Both the position numbers and the translations under genes were made by a program. Positions 27,076-37,146 of a stretch of DNA of 48,227 nt are shown here, piece after piece. Source of the stretch: an uncultured archaeon (GTDB lineage Archaea > Asgardarchaeota > Lokiarchaeia > Sigyniarchaeales > SOKP01); the NCBI GenBank assembly GCA_964493715.1, contig CAZBPC010000017.1, positions 1-48,227 on the forward strand, given 5' to 3'. Position 1 is the first letter of the stretch; each line of letters starts with the position of its first letter. The notes beneath the pieces were generated by a model. It saw only the letters and a program-made list of their open reading frames with translations. It did not search any database and was not told the DNA's origin.

Positions 27076-29178
27076 TTACTGCGAAGATTTTTTGTTCTGG
27101 TTAAAAACCAAGCTCTTTACTGTAATAGGATATGCTTGTCCCGAGTAAAGAGGTGCGCCAATATCGATAAAATCACCGGATTCCAGGATCAATTCGTCCA
27201 GACAGATAAGATTATTCTGAATTGATGTTTCACGACGGATAGCGACTCCCAGGACTTTAGCAATATCCATGCTAAAGATCAAGATGATTGGTTTTTTCTG
27301 CCCAACGGAATGAGGAAGTGAACTCTCGATTGCCTTAGCAAGTGTCGATAATATGTTATCAGAGTGATCGATAAAATCTTTGAAGTAAAGGGCAACGATA
27401 TCTTCACCTTCTTTCATGTCATAATTTTTAAAAGCACGTTTGATTTCATTCTTAATATTTTCATAATTAAACTCTTCCCTTTTTACATTTACAGGCAAAA
27501 CTGGAATATTAATGTGAGGAAGAACAACATCTTTATCAACGTAACACGTTGATCCCGATATCGAAAGTGAAAATGCCCCCGCACCTATAACAGTTGCCCT
27601 AATCTTGTTCTCTGGTTCGATTATTGATAAGTCTTGTTCTTCAACGAGAAGATTAATTTCATCTGCCAAATATTTTCCGATGTCATTATATTCTTCATAA
27701 GCATTATTTCTACCATAGATCATCTCTGCTACTCCACCAGAGAAGGAAAAATCGTCGATTGGGATGGAAAAGTCCAAATCATCGGTCATCATCAGTTCTC
27801 TGGCAATTTTACTTGTTGCTGGGCCTCTCATTACTTCGAGCAAGGCTTTAGCGTATTCCCGAGAGATGATCTTGATATCATTCTCAGGGATGATATCTCC
27901 TAATTTATAATTCATGTTCAACTCTTTCATGAGGAATGTGCTGGGTTCATCTATCCTCCAAATTTTAAATTCTTTGTCAATTCCTAATAATCTCCCTCCT
28001 ATATTGATGCAAGAAGTGCTAATTACATTTCCTTTCGAAGATATCGCAATATTACTGGTACCTCCACCAACATCAACATTTAATATAGTCCGTTGATTCT
28101 TGCGTGATTGTTCAACAATTCCACTTCCCATAGCTCCAAGAAGTGACTCGAAATTTGGTCCTGCTACTGCACTGACGAATTTTCCACCCTCGGAAGATAA
28201 TCGATTTATTATCTCCGCAGCGTTTTGTTTTTTAGCAGTCTCCCCAGTAACTATAACTGCACCCGTATCGACCATCTCGCTTGTAAGACCCGCTTTCTTG
28301 TATTCTTCTTCGCAAAATTTTATAATCGCCTCAATATCAATGGTATAACGATCAATTAAAGGTGTAAAAATAATATTCCCTTCATATATGATGTCTCGAT
28401 TAGCGAGAATAAATCGATTTGACATGTTAAAAAAACTGGTTTCCCTTTTTAAGGTTAATTTTGAGAAAACAAGATGAGATGTGGAGCTCCCAATATCAAT
28501 TCCCACGCTCGTTACATCCAAGTATTCAACATTAGCTTCTTTGGAATTTACATGAGCCATTAGTAGTTCGGCGGGATAGATTTCTATTTCAGCTTCGGGA
28601 TCTTTACCGTCAATTTCTTCGGACGGTACTTCTTCTTGAATCCTTACTATTTTAATTACCATCTCTTTATCACAGTGTTTTGGTAATTCTTCTTTTTCAT
28701 CATCAGAATCATCATTTAACAATTTTTCTTTTATTTCTGGTGGAATTTCAAAATTTTCATTACATTCCGTGCAGTGGTATGCTAAATCCATGGATTTGCT
28801 GATTCCAGGCATTATTGGTCCTTTTTTTTTTGGAGGTAATTTGTTTTCTTTAACCTGCGCTCGAATTCTATCTAAAGGAACATTGAAGATTGGTATAACA
28901 ACATCACAACACATGTCAAATTCCTTACCTGGTTTCAAGATCGTTGATAAAGCGGGTTTAAATTCCGTGATCAGCCGATAATACCGAAGGAGATCATAAA
29001 TATCTTCATTCTCGTGCTCTTGAAGCAATTTTTCGTACTGCTGCAAAAATTCATCCCCGAGCTGTTCTGCATTTGGGTTTCCACTCGATGCGAGGATTGT
29101 TTTAATATAATAAACCATCGCCCCCTTTTGAGAATCAACATTTATCTCGATATCTTGTATTCTAATTTTTTTCCCCAT
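27076..29178 (-). CDS. eutA: EutA-family reactivase ATPase with about 215-aa N-terminal extension
   Basis: SVGIDIGSSTSHLVFS, DTGAVIVTGETAKKQNA, FVSAVAGPNFES, NVDVGGGTSNIA and IRATVIGAG. Confidence 0.85.
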   Translation of the reverse strand: MGKKIRIQDIEINVDSQKGAMVYYIKTILASSGNPNAEQLGDEFLQQYEKLLQEHENEDIYDLLRYYRLITEFKPALSTILKPGKEFDMCCDVVIPIFNVPLDRIRAQVKENKLPPKKKGPIMPGISKSMDLAYHCTECNENFEIPPEIKEKLLNDDSDDEKEELPKHCDKEMVIKIVRIQEEVPSEEIDGKDPEAEIEIYPAELLMAHVNSKEANVEYLDVTSVGIDIGSSTSHLVFSKLTLKRETSFFNMSNRFILANRDIIYEGNIIFTPLIDRYTIDIEAIIKFCEEEYKKAGLTSEMVDTGAVIVTGETAKKQNAAEIINRLSSEGGKFVSAVAGPNFESLLGAMGSGIVEQSRKNQRTILNVDVGGGTSNIAISSKGNVISTSCINIGGRLLGIDKEFKIWRIDEPSTFLMKELNMNYKLGDIIPENDIKIISREYAKALLEVMRGPATSKIARELMMTDDLDFSIPIDDFSFSGGVAEMIYGRNNAYEEYNDIGKYLADEINLLVEEQDLSIIEPENKIRATVIGAGAFSLSISGSTCYVDKDVVLPHINIPVLPVNVKREEFNYENIKNEIKRAFKNYDMKEGEDIVALYFKDFIDHSDNILSTLAKAIESSLPHSVGQKKPIILIFSMDIAKVLGVAIRRETSIQNNLICLDELILESGDFIDIGAPLYSGQAYPITVKSLVFNQNKKSSQ

Positions 29179-29258
29179 TTTTTATACCACTTTTTTTTTC
29201 TCCTTTTCTTTATTCATTAGTAAGGCAATAATTGTATGTTTTATTTTTTCTTCTTTAT

Positions 29259-29402
29259 TTATTTTTTCGATAAACCTAACAAAATTCCTGCTGTGATTCC
29301 TTCAAGTAGAAGAGAAAAGACAATTTTAGGATTAAATGGATCTCTGTTCACTATATACCATATTGTAATTACAATGTTAACAAAAACTACAAAATTAATC
29401 AA
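29259..29402 (-). CDS. Possible 47-aa two-TM microprotein
   Basis: TTG start overlaps the stop of the upstream Fe-S gene: MINFVVFVNIVITIWYIVNRDPFNPKIVFSLLLEGITAGILLGLSKK. Confidence 0.35.
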   Translation of the reverse strand: MINFVVFVNIVITIWYIVNRDPFNPKIVFSLLLEGITAGILLGLSKK

Positions 29403-30459
29403 TATTTTTTCTTTTTCCCTCAAGTATCGCTAATGCCATCTCCATAACTCGATTAAAAGGTTCTTCTCCATCTTCTCTTAATTGCATAGTTATTGCTTCC
29501 TCAGGGCAAACTGTAGCACATAAACCACATCCAAGACATTTCTCTCTTGATACAACAACAGTATCATTCATTTCTATTGCTCCCACAGGACAACGTTCAA
29601 GGCAGGTTTCACACTTAATACAGATTTCTTCATCTATAATTGATTCAAACATTGCATTCATAAACTTATGTTTATCAAGTCCTTTTTTAGTAATCCCTTT
29701 CATTGATGCGCAGCAACATGGACAACAATTACAAATATTTGAGAGATGTTTAGAATTAGCTCCTGCGTGTACTAAACCAGCCTTATCGGCTTCCTCAATG
29801 ATTCCTATTGCTTCGTCAACAGATATTTTACGACCAATACCGTTTTCAATGTAATATTCGGCAGCAACTCCGAAACTTAAACAAGTTTCAATCGGATAAT
29901 CACATCCTTCCCCGTTTAATTTAGCTTCTTTGCGACAAATGCAATCTGTTACAGAAATCACTCTTGCATTTTTGATACTATCTTTCAATTTGTGATATGG
30001 ATAAAGTGTAGTGTTTACATCAATAGTTTCATCGAGGGGGATTATTTTAAATCCTGGTACATTACTAAGTCCCATTTCTTCTTGATACGCCATATCGTAA
30101 TATTCCTTGAAATACTTAGCGAGTTTTTCATCTACATTTTTAACAGAATATTCATATAAACCTATCATAAAGGGCACAGCATTGAATAAAGTTTTATTAT
30201 TTCTTCGCATACGAAAGACTAAACCTTTTTTCGCCATCAAATCTAGTTTTTCTTCCAAGTAATTAGCATCAATTCCAGTTCTTTTAGCAATTTTTTTTGC
30301 CTTTTCAGGAATAGGAGTCAACATTATTGCTATATTTGCTTCTTCTATAGTAAAAAGCCTCTTTAGAATTTTAATTTCAACACCAGATGGTGATTCGGGG
30401 TATCCTAAAGGGAATTGATCTAAGAATTCCCTTAATTTTAAAAAAACTTCCTCAGTCAT
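29395..30459 (-). CDS. 4Fe-4S binding protein (HTH-like N-terminus, Cys-rich core, 2[4Fe-4S] C-terminus)
   Basis: CICR, ETCL, ICNCCPCCC, CIKCETCLERCP and CLGCGLCATVCP. Confidence 0.9.
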   Translation of the reverse strand: MTEEVFLKLREFLDQFPLGYPESPSGVEIKILKRLFTIEEANIAIMLTPIPEKAKKIAKRTGIDANYLEEKLDLMAKKGLVFRMRRNNKTLFNAVPFMIGLYEYSVKNVDEKLAKYFKEYYDMAYQEEMGLSNVPGFKIIPLDETIDVNTTLYPYHKLKDSIKNARVISVTDCICRKEAKLNGEGCDYPIETCLSFGVAAEYYIENGIGRKISVDEAIGIIEEADKAGLVHAGANSKHLSNICNCCPCCCASMKGITKKGLDKHKFMNAMFESIIDEEICIKCETCLERCPVGAIEMNDTVVVSREKCLGCGLCATVCPEEAITMQLREDGEEPFNRVMEMALAILEGKRKNID

Positions 30460-31000
30460 TTCAATCGATTAGAAAATAAAATGTTTAATTTTTTAATAAT
30501 TATATTATAAAATTCAAATTAATCACTAATAGTTATTACTTTTTATAAAAATTTATTTTCTGTAAAATTCTAAAGATAAGTATTTGTAAAACGATGATTT
30601 CATGAATATTCTTCGTGAAAGTATTGCGATTAGCGCCTTTCAAAATAATGAAATCTACACAAACTGTCTTAGGCGTACTATTTTCATTGTTTTTTTGAAA
30701 AAAACTTACTTCCTTTTTTTTACATTCATTTATTAAAAATATATCTATTTTTTAATAAAAAATACTAACAGATGTTTAAGAATATTATACTTGGGCATTG
30801 ATTTATAATCAAGTTATGTCATATCTTTTAGTAGAAAAAATGCCCATTTTTATCATGGTTCCATTTCCAGTTTTTAATCACTTATATCATGTTGAAATAT
30901 TATTGGGCGTTTTTTCTCTTAAATTAAATTATTTTAATCTGCACTAAGCTTTTATAGAATTTGTTCCTTTAGTAGATTAAGATTCAGTATTGCAATTGCA

Positions 31001-32149
31001 ATGGCAAATAACATCAAAATAATCTATAAGGAATTTAAGACAGCCCTAAACAAATTAAAATATCCTGATTCTTGGTTTTGGGCTCGATATACTACCAATC
31101 CTTATTCAGGGTGCGAACACGCATGCTTATATTGTGACGCACGGAGTAACCGTTATTATCTGGAACAAGATTTCGAAAATGAAGTGGTAGTAAAAACCAA
31201 TTTTGACATAATTTTAGAGCAAACAATTAGGAGATCCCGAACTCTACTTCCTGATGTGGTGGGTCCTGGAGGTGTAAGTGATGCATACCAACCTATTGAA
31301 GTATTAATAAAAAACACGCAAAAATTACTGAAAATTTTTCAAAAATACAAATTCCCGGTAAACATTGCAACAAAATCAAATTTAATAACCCGAGATTTAG
31401 AAATTTTACAAAAGATTGCTAAAAAGACGTGGTGTACTATTGGATTTTCTATTACGTCCATAGATCAAGATTTAATTAATTTTTTGGAACCGTACTCTTC
31501 TCCTACTTCAGAAAGACTCAAGGCTATCAAGTTTATAAAAGAAAATGCTCCTGAGATTCAAGTAGGTACGTATTTTATGCCAATAGTCCCCTATTTAGAG
31601 GATAGTGATGAGAACCTAGAAGGTGTAATTAAAGAATCAAAGAATGCGGGAGCGGATTTCGTATTATTTTCACCAGGATTAACATTAAGAGATTCCCAAG
31701 CGATTTTTTTCATTAATAAGCTTAAAAACAGCAAACATAAAGATATCGTGGAGCCATTACTGGAATTATTTAAAGGAAAGGAATATCCTGCTTCTGAATA
31801 TGCTCGTAATATGCATTCTAAGTTATATAAATTATGTAATGATTACAAAATTCCTTGCCGTGTAAAAAGATGGATTCCAAACGACTATAGGAAATGGAAT
31901 TATAAAATCTCAGAACTCATCCTCAATAAGGAATATATTGACTCAATTATACTTGGAAAATCAAATAATAACATGAAATGGGCAGGTTTAAAATTAAATA
32001 ATTTAAAAGAATCCATTCTGGACGTCTATAAGAGAGGTGCCCTAAAATCATTAAACAACTTCAATTCTGAGATAATTAAGTTAGTGGAACCTTTTATCAA
32101 AAGTGCTAAGGATTTAACTAAAAAGAGAGGTATTGAACGTTATTTATGA
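31001..32149 (+). CDS. Radical SAM protein (SplB/Rv2578c-like)
   Basis: NPYSGCEHACLYCDA, SDAYQPIE and IATKSNLITRDL. Confidence 0.9.
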   Translation: MANNIKIIYKEFKTALNKLKYPDSWFWARYTTNPYSGCEHACLYCDARSNRYYLEQDFENEVVVKTNFDIILEQTIRRSRTLLPDVVGPGGVSDAYQPIEVLIKNTQKLLKIFQKYKFPVNIATKSNLITRDLEILQKIAKKTWCTIGFSITSIDQDLINFLEPYSSPTSERLKAIKFIKENAPEIQVGTYFMPIVPYLEDSDENLEGVIKESKNAGADFVLFSPGLTLRDSQAIFFINKLKNSKHKDIVEPLLELFKGKEYPASEYARNMHSKLYKLCNDYKIPCRVKRWIPNDYRKWNYKISELILNKEYIDSIILGKSNNNMKWAGLKLNNLKESILDVYKRGALKSLNNFNSEIIKLVEPFIKSAKDLTKKRGIERYL

Positions 32150-32213
32150 TTGAAAAGATAAATATTATTTACCATAAATTATGTGAGGAAATTTAGCATT
32201 GGCTCAGATTTAT

Positions 32214-33593
32214 TCAACTTACAAATTTATTATTATTCTTTCTATTATTATGAAAAACAAAAAATAATACTGAGCTTTCCATAATTAGAAAAGATATGAA
32301 TGAAAGAAGTTCTTGCCGGATATTAATAAAATTATAACATAAAAGAATTATAAAAAAAAAGCCTGTTAGGATCATCCCCGAAAATGGGACTATTGCATTG
32401 CTTTTTGTTTCCCTTTTAACTTTAAAATTTGTGAAGTTTATTATAAAGAAGACTTGCGCGAAAATTAACCCTGCAACGCTAGCAATTGCTAATGAACCTC
32501 CAGTTAGAATTGTAAATAGAGCGCTTATAATACTTATAAAAAGGATGGCATTATATGGAACTTTATTTTTACTTAATAATGATAATTTCTGAGGAAATAT
32601 TCTATCAATTCCCAAGATGTAAATTAAACGGGAAACTCCTAATATGGTAGCATTTAAAGCACTTGCCGTAGATAAGAGTACACCAATGATAATAATTACC
32701 ATTCCATATTTTCCCATAAAATTTAACGCTGCATTAGCAACAGCAATTTCAGCATTATGAATTCCCCCTCCAATTAAACCGGAAACACCTAAAATAGAAA
32801 TCACGGTAAAACCGACAAAGAAATATAAAACCATTGAAATTAAAACAGACCATCGCATCATCTTTAATCCACCTTTAACATCTTTCATTTCATGTGGTAC
32901 ATAAGCAATTAACTGAAAACCTTGGTATGATACAATAATTGAAGCACTTCCAATAAAAAGTCCTACAATATCTATGCTTTTTAAAGAATCAATATTTAAT
33001 CCAACGTTTAAAATCATTTTTTGAGGAGATTGAAGAGCATAGGTTATTCCTGTAATACTAAATACGATTAAGATTAAGACTTTTATAACTACTAAGAAAT
33101 TTTGAAATCGACCAGATTCTTTGACTCCTCTCAAATTTATTAGTGTAAATATCATAAAAATTGCAATGATAATAACCGAGAGAAATAGATAATTATCTTC
33201 TATATTGAATAGATGAAGAAAATATATGCTAAAAGTATACGCATATAAAGCCATTGAGGTAATATACCCAAAAATTAATAATAATCCTGCGAACGCACCT
33301 AAAATTTGTCGTTTACTATCTTTAAAAGCGCCTTGAATCACGGAATACTCACCTCCCGCACCGCTCCATTTGAGGTTGAGTTTTTGGTATGAATAAACCG
33401 TTATTAAAACTACGAATCCCGTAATTAAATAAGAAATGTAGGAGTACGGTCCCGTAAAGATTGATATTACCCCGATTACGCTAAATATTCCTCCACCTAT
33501 AAGACCACCTATCCCAATCATTAAACAACTAAATTTACTGAGATGTTTATGAAAGATTAATTGATCTCTTGGATATATTTTAGATTCGTGCAT
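32214..33593 (-). CDS. APC-family amino acid permease
   Basis: GIGGLIGGGIFS, AGGEY, YQGFQLI and SALNATILGVSRL. About 12 TM helices. Confidence 0.9.
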   Translation of the reverse strand: MHESKIYPRDQLIFHKHLSKFSCLMIGIGGLIGGGIFSVIGVISIFTGPYSYISYLITGFVVLITVYSYQKLNLKWSGAGGEYSVIQGAFKDSKRQILGAFAGLLLIFGYITSMALYAYTFSIYFLHLFNIEDNYLFLSVIIIAIFMIFTLINLRGVKESGRFQNFLVVIKVLILIVFSITGITYALQSPQKMILNVGLNIDSLKSIDIVGLFIGSASIIVSYQGFQLIAYVPHEMKDVKGGLKMMRWSVLISMVLYFFVGFTVISILGVSGLIGGGIHNAEIAVANAALNFMGKYGMVIIIIGVLLSTASALNATILGVSRLIYILGIDRIFPQKLSLLSKNKVPYNAILFISIISALFTILTGGSLAIASVAGLIFAQVFFIINFTNFKVKRETKSNAIVPFSGMILTGFFFIILLCYNFINIRQELLSFISFLIMESSVLFFVFHNNRKNNNKFVS

Positions 33594-33970
33594 AATAAAA
33601 GAATTAGGGTCTATATAACATCAATATATATTCCTAAATTAAACTTAAAAATATGCCCTAAATTAAATACTTTATCTCAATAATTGATAATCATATTAAC
33701 ATAAATAAAAGCTGTCAGTCCATCGATTTGGCAGAATTTTTTGATCAATAGGGGTTAGAAGAAGTTAAAAAATCAATTTCATTCTTAGAATGAAAGAAGA
33801 ACTTCGGAATTATGAATGAATTAGAAAATTTTACAATATCCGGAATTTTAGTTTAAAAATTTAAGCTTTTTCAGCAGTCTCTTACTTTCCCGCTTGGGAG
33901 AGTTAATGATCAATCAATAGTATTTTTAAATATTATAACAGCATTCGGTTATTTCTTTATAGTTAGGAAA

Positions 33971-34147
33971 TTAGGTATCATAATTTTCTTCATGGAAATT
34001 ATTTTTATTTTCACCTTTTTCCTCATCTTCATCGTTTATTTCATTCCACTCATCGTCCTCTCCTTTTGTTTTCCGTTCTTCACGATTTCTGCTCCTCTCA
34101 TTCCATTCATCCGTTTTCATCCGTTTTCTAATTTTAAATTTTTTCAT
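33971..34147 (-). CDS. 58-aa highly charged microprotein (not in the ORF track)
   Basis: ATG with upstream GGAG: MKKFKIRKRMKTDEWNERSRNREERKTKGEDDEWNEINDEDEEKGENKNNFHEENYDT. Confidence 0.55.
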   Translation of the reverse strand: MKKFKIRKRMKTDEWNERSRNREERKTKGEDDEWNEINDEDEEKGENKNNFHEENYDT

Positions 34148-34501
34148 TATTTTAATCTCCTACACCTTTTTTCTAAATCATAAGTTAAATCTTATTTAAT
34201 CTTCTTAAACGTTCTTGTTATAACTTATAAAATTTCTAAATAATTATTCTAATTTCTTTAATCATGTAAATCAATCTGAAAGGTAAAATCAGAGTCTGAT
34301 TTGCTCGAATTTTCAATGAAAAATCAACCTATTAAATCTGCTCGTGAAACTTTGAAAATTAATTAAAGTACATTAACTTGAAATTTCACGCTTTTTAAAG
34401 AGGAAATATCCCAAAAGTATTAACCCAGTAGCTATTAAGAGTATTAAAATTAAGGATCCTAAGGGTGAATAAAAATCATTACGAGTAAAAGAAAACGAAT
34501 C

Positions 34502-34544
34502 TCGAAATTGAAGGTGGGAGCGTGTTCCGGATTCATTTTTTTTT
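34502..34544 (+). repeat. About 43-bp direct repeat, copy 1 (copy 2 at 35108-35151)
   Basis: TCGAAATTGAAGGTGGGAGCGTGTTCCGGATTCATTTT vs TCGAGATTGAAGTGTGGGAGCGTGTTTCGGATTCTATTTT. Confidence 0.8.
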
Positions 34545-34985
34545 ATTTTCTCGAGATAACTTTATAGTAGGTGATGAAATTGCTCTCAAAGTAACAAGTG
34601 CTTTGGAAATAAGACTCTCTTTATCCTCTGAATCCACGAATATTTTAGACTCAGATATAATTATCATTTTTCCAGTACTTAACACCTTAGATTTACAAAT
34701 AAGGACTTCCCCAATTGCTGGTTTAAAGAAGTTTATTTTAAATTCGATTGTGAGAATACGTAAATTTTTAGGTACAACAGTATAAGCAGCATATCCTGCG
34801 GTATGATCAGCAAGAGTGGCGATGATCCCAGCATGTACAAAACCGTCTTGTTGTTTATATTCTGGACGTATTCTAAGTCTGGATTTAAATGCACCATCAG
34901 CTATGTTAACTGCTTGAAAGCCTAGATATGCGGGAAAACCAAGAACAAAGTCTTTTTTTAAAAAATCAATTCTTTCTTCATTCAT
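34533..34985 (-). CDS. PaaI family thioesterase
   Basis: QQDGFVHAGIIATLADHTAG and LTIEFKINFFKPA (hotdog fold). Confidence 0.92.
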   Translation of the reverse strand: MNEERIDFLKKDFVLGFPAYLGFQAVNIADGAFKSRLRIRPEYKQQDGFVHAGIIATLADHTAGYAAYTVVPKNLRILTIEFKINFFKPAIGEVLICKSKVLSTGKMIIISESKIFVDSEDKESLISKALVTLRAISSPTIKLSRENKKK

Positions 34986-35107
34986 TTTAATATAAATTAT
35001 ATAGATCCTTTATTTATAATGAGTAAATATTGAAATAAATCTTGTCTTTAAAAATTTTAGGGCAAATAGGAGTACTAAATATATCATTTCAAGTAATAAT
35101 TTTTGTT

Positions 35108-35151
35108 TCGAGATTGAAGTGTGGGAGCGTGTTTCGGATTCTATTTTTTTT
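35108..35151 (+). repeat. About 43-bp direct repeat, copy 2
   Basis: Matches 34502-34544 with two substitutions and two 1-nt insertions. Confidence 0.8.
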
Positions 35152-35274
35152 ACTTTATTATATTTTTCTAGTTCATTACTTACTTTAAACTAAGTAATGA
35201 TTATCGGAGCATTAATCGGTATTTATATAGCATCAGTCATACCTGCGGTTAATTTTCCAAATTTTTAATAGAGG

Positions 35275-35841
35275 TTAATACAATTTCATTGATTCTTTTT
35301 CGAAATTATCGATAAAATTATCCATTTCTAAGATTCTTTCTTTTGCGATTTTTTTCGCAGTATCTAATTCTACTATTTGAGCTAAATCATGACGATGTCT
35401 TTTAATTGATTGAAACGCTTTTTTAAGATCATGTGGTGCCCTTGAAAAGTCTCGAGAAATTCCAATGAACCCAAGAAAATCAAGAGCATCTGCATCTCGA
35501 AGCAATAAAGACTCAAAGAATTTTCCCGTAATCTTCTTATGATGATTTTCAATTACTTCAAGAATAGTAAGTTTATCTTCCTCCCGAAAATCGTAATCAT
35601 CTAGTAATTTTTCAACCACCTCTCGTGATCTAGTTGCGTGATCTACCCCCTCCTTTGCATATTTCTTAAAAGCACCTAAATCATGAGTATAAGCACAAAA
35701 TAAAACTACATTTTTGTTATAAGGTTTTCTAGCAGCTATTAAATCAATGAGTGCAATTAATCGCTTGCTATGGTTTAAACCATATTCTCCTCCACACTCA
35801 AATATTAAATCCTCTAACCCTTTAATTAGACCTTCTTTCAC
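35275..35841 (-). CDS. HD-domain protein
   Basis: H..R, AYTHDLG, DHA, IENHH and LRDADALD. Confidence 0.88.
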   Translation of the reverse strand: MKEGLIKGLEDLIFECGGEYGLNHSKRLIALIDLIAARKPYNKNVVLFCAYTHDLGAFKKYAKEGVDHATRSREVVEKLLDDYDFREEDKLTILEVIENHHKKITGKFFESLLLRDADALDFLGFIGISRDFSRAPHDLKKAFQSIKRHRHDLAQIVELDTAKKIAKERILEMDNFIDNFEKESMKLY

Positions 35842-36148
35842 TAAAACTACCCATTTTTTTATTAATAGGAATATTATTTGATCATTATATTAATTATTGA
35901 ATGGGTTTATTTTAATACTAATGAAGGTTAAATCTTTAGATCTTTACATGCTAGAAAATCTTGATATTACTGATGCCACATAGCTTTTTTTATCCGTGTT
36001 TTTAGTAAAATAATTTAAATTAAAATAGAATCGATACCATCGATAGGCTGGTAATTAAAAAGATTTTTATGAGATTCCATACTCTTATTTTTATCTTAAT
36101 TAGGTTTAAAGTTAATTTTTAATTCCAAGTTGAGAAAAACACTCTCTT

Positions 36149-36282
36149 GCCAAGGTGGCGTAGTAGCGATCCTATAACATGGTCCTGCGAAACCCGGGAA
36201 CGCACTAGACTGAAGATCTAGGTATCGGGGTACCCGATAGCGATTCGCATCGGATCCGAAAGTTCAAATCCCCTCCTTGGCA
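36149..36282 (+). tRNA. tRNA-Phe(GAA) with two non-canonical introns (D-loop about 36164-36192; T-stem 36231-36261)
   Basis: Removing both inserts gives GCCAAGG-TG-GCGT-AGCCCGGGA-ACGC-A-CTAGA-CTGAAGA-TCTAG-GTATC-GGGGG-TTCAAAT-CCCCT-CCTTGGC-A. Both inserts have BHB-like ends. Confidence 0.9.
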
Positions 36283-36410
36283 TGTCTTATTTCCTTTTTC
36301 ATATTAAATATAGGTATTCTTCCTTATATTCATCTTTCCTCTTAAATTATGACTTTTAAAGATTGAACTTAGTTTATTTATGTAAAGTAAGCGTTTTAAA
36401 ACAATATGCC

Positions 36411-37013
36411 TTAAAAAAAGGATTTTGATTTTCTACGGTTATCAATTTCGATAAATTGTTTAAAATCTTCGTTCTCATCATCGATAAATTCCCAGAATTC
36501 GTCATAAATCTCTTCAATAGACATAACGTGCTTATCCTTAATCGATTTAGGGTTATCATTTACATTTTTCTTTGGATTTGAGAGAATTTCTTCCTTTATG
36601 ATAAGATTCTTCTTTACGAGTTTCTTTTCAGTGACTTCCTTCTTTTTTTGAACATCATTCGGTCTAAATTCAATATAATTACCTTCGATGATAATTTCAT
36701 CATAGAAATTCTCGGGTTGGGTAATCTCATTTTTTTTTTTCTTTTTTTTGTTATAAATGTCATAGGCGACTTCGAAATCCACTTTTTGGTATCCTCGAAT
36801 TACGAAATTTTTATCAACAAAGGCTTGAAAGTGGTGTTCACATACCAATCCCTTTGGAATGGAAACGGTTGTTAATTGTCGTGCTTCATTAATTATGACT
36901 TTTGGAATTTTTAATTCTTTACGTGTTTTACAGACGGGGCAAATAAAAGTGATAGAAGAATATTCATTTAAATCATTCATCTGCACTTGAATCGTTTCTT
37001 TTATAATTGCCAC
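36411..37013 (-). CDS. Zinc-finger protein of a Lokiarchaeia-type family
   Basis: CPVC...VSIPKGLVCEHHFQAFVDKNFVIRGYQKVDF and C-terminal EIYDEFWEFIDD. Confidence 0.65.
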   Translation of the reverse strand: MAIIKETIQVQMNDLNEYSSITFICPVCKTRKELKIPKVIINEARQLTTVSIPKGLVCEHHFQAFVDKNFVIRGYQKVDFEVAYDIYNKKKKKKNEITQPENFYDEIIIEGNYIEFRPNDVQKKKEVTEKKLVKKNLIIKEEILSNPKKNVNDNPKSIKDKHVMSIEEIYDEFWEFIDDENEDFKQFIEIDNRRKSKSFF

Positions 37014-37146
37014 TTTAAATACACCCGAATATAAATTGCAAGGAATGAATATAAACTCCTTTAATATTTAGAGTAATTTGACTTATTATAGAATTAGTAA
37101 TGTATAGTAGAATAGGAATAAAAATGGAGGTAAAAATCTTTAAAGG

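Noticed and set aside
33870-33912. Small GC-rich hairpin as a SECIS element or C/D-box RNA
   Set aside because: I saw no in-frame TGA selenoprotein candidate nearby, and the box motifs are too degenerate.
33992-34183. 63-aa Phe/Ile-rich + strand ORF as a membrane protein
   Set aside because: It is better explained as the antisense shadow of the purine-rich minus-strand ORF 33971-34147.
26452-36282. Integrative element between tRNA-Gly and tRNA-Phe
   Set aside because: I saw no integrase and no duplicated tRNA 3' end.
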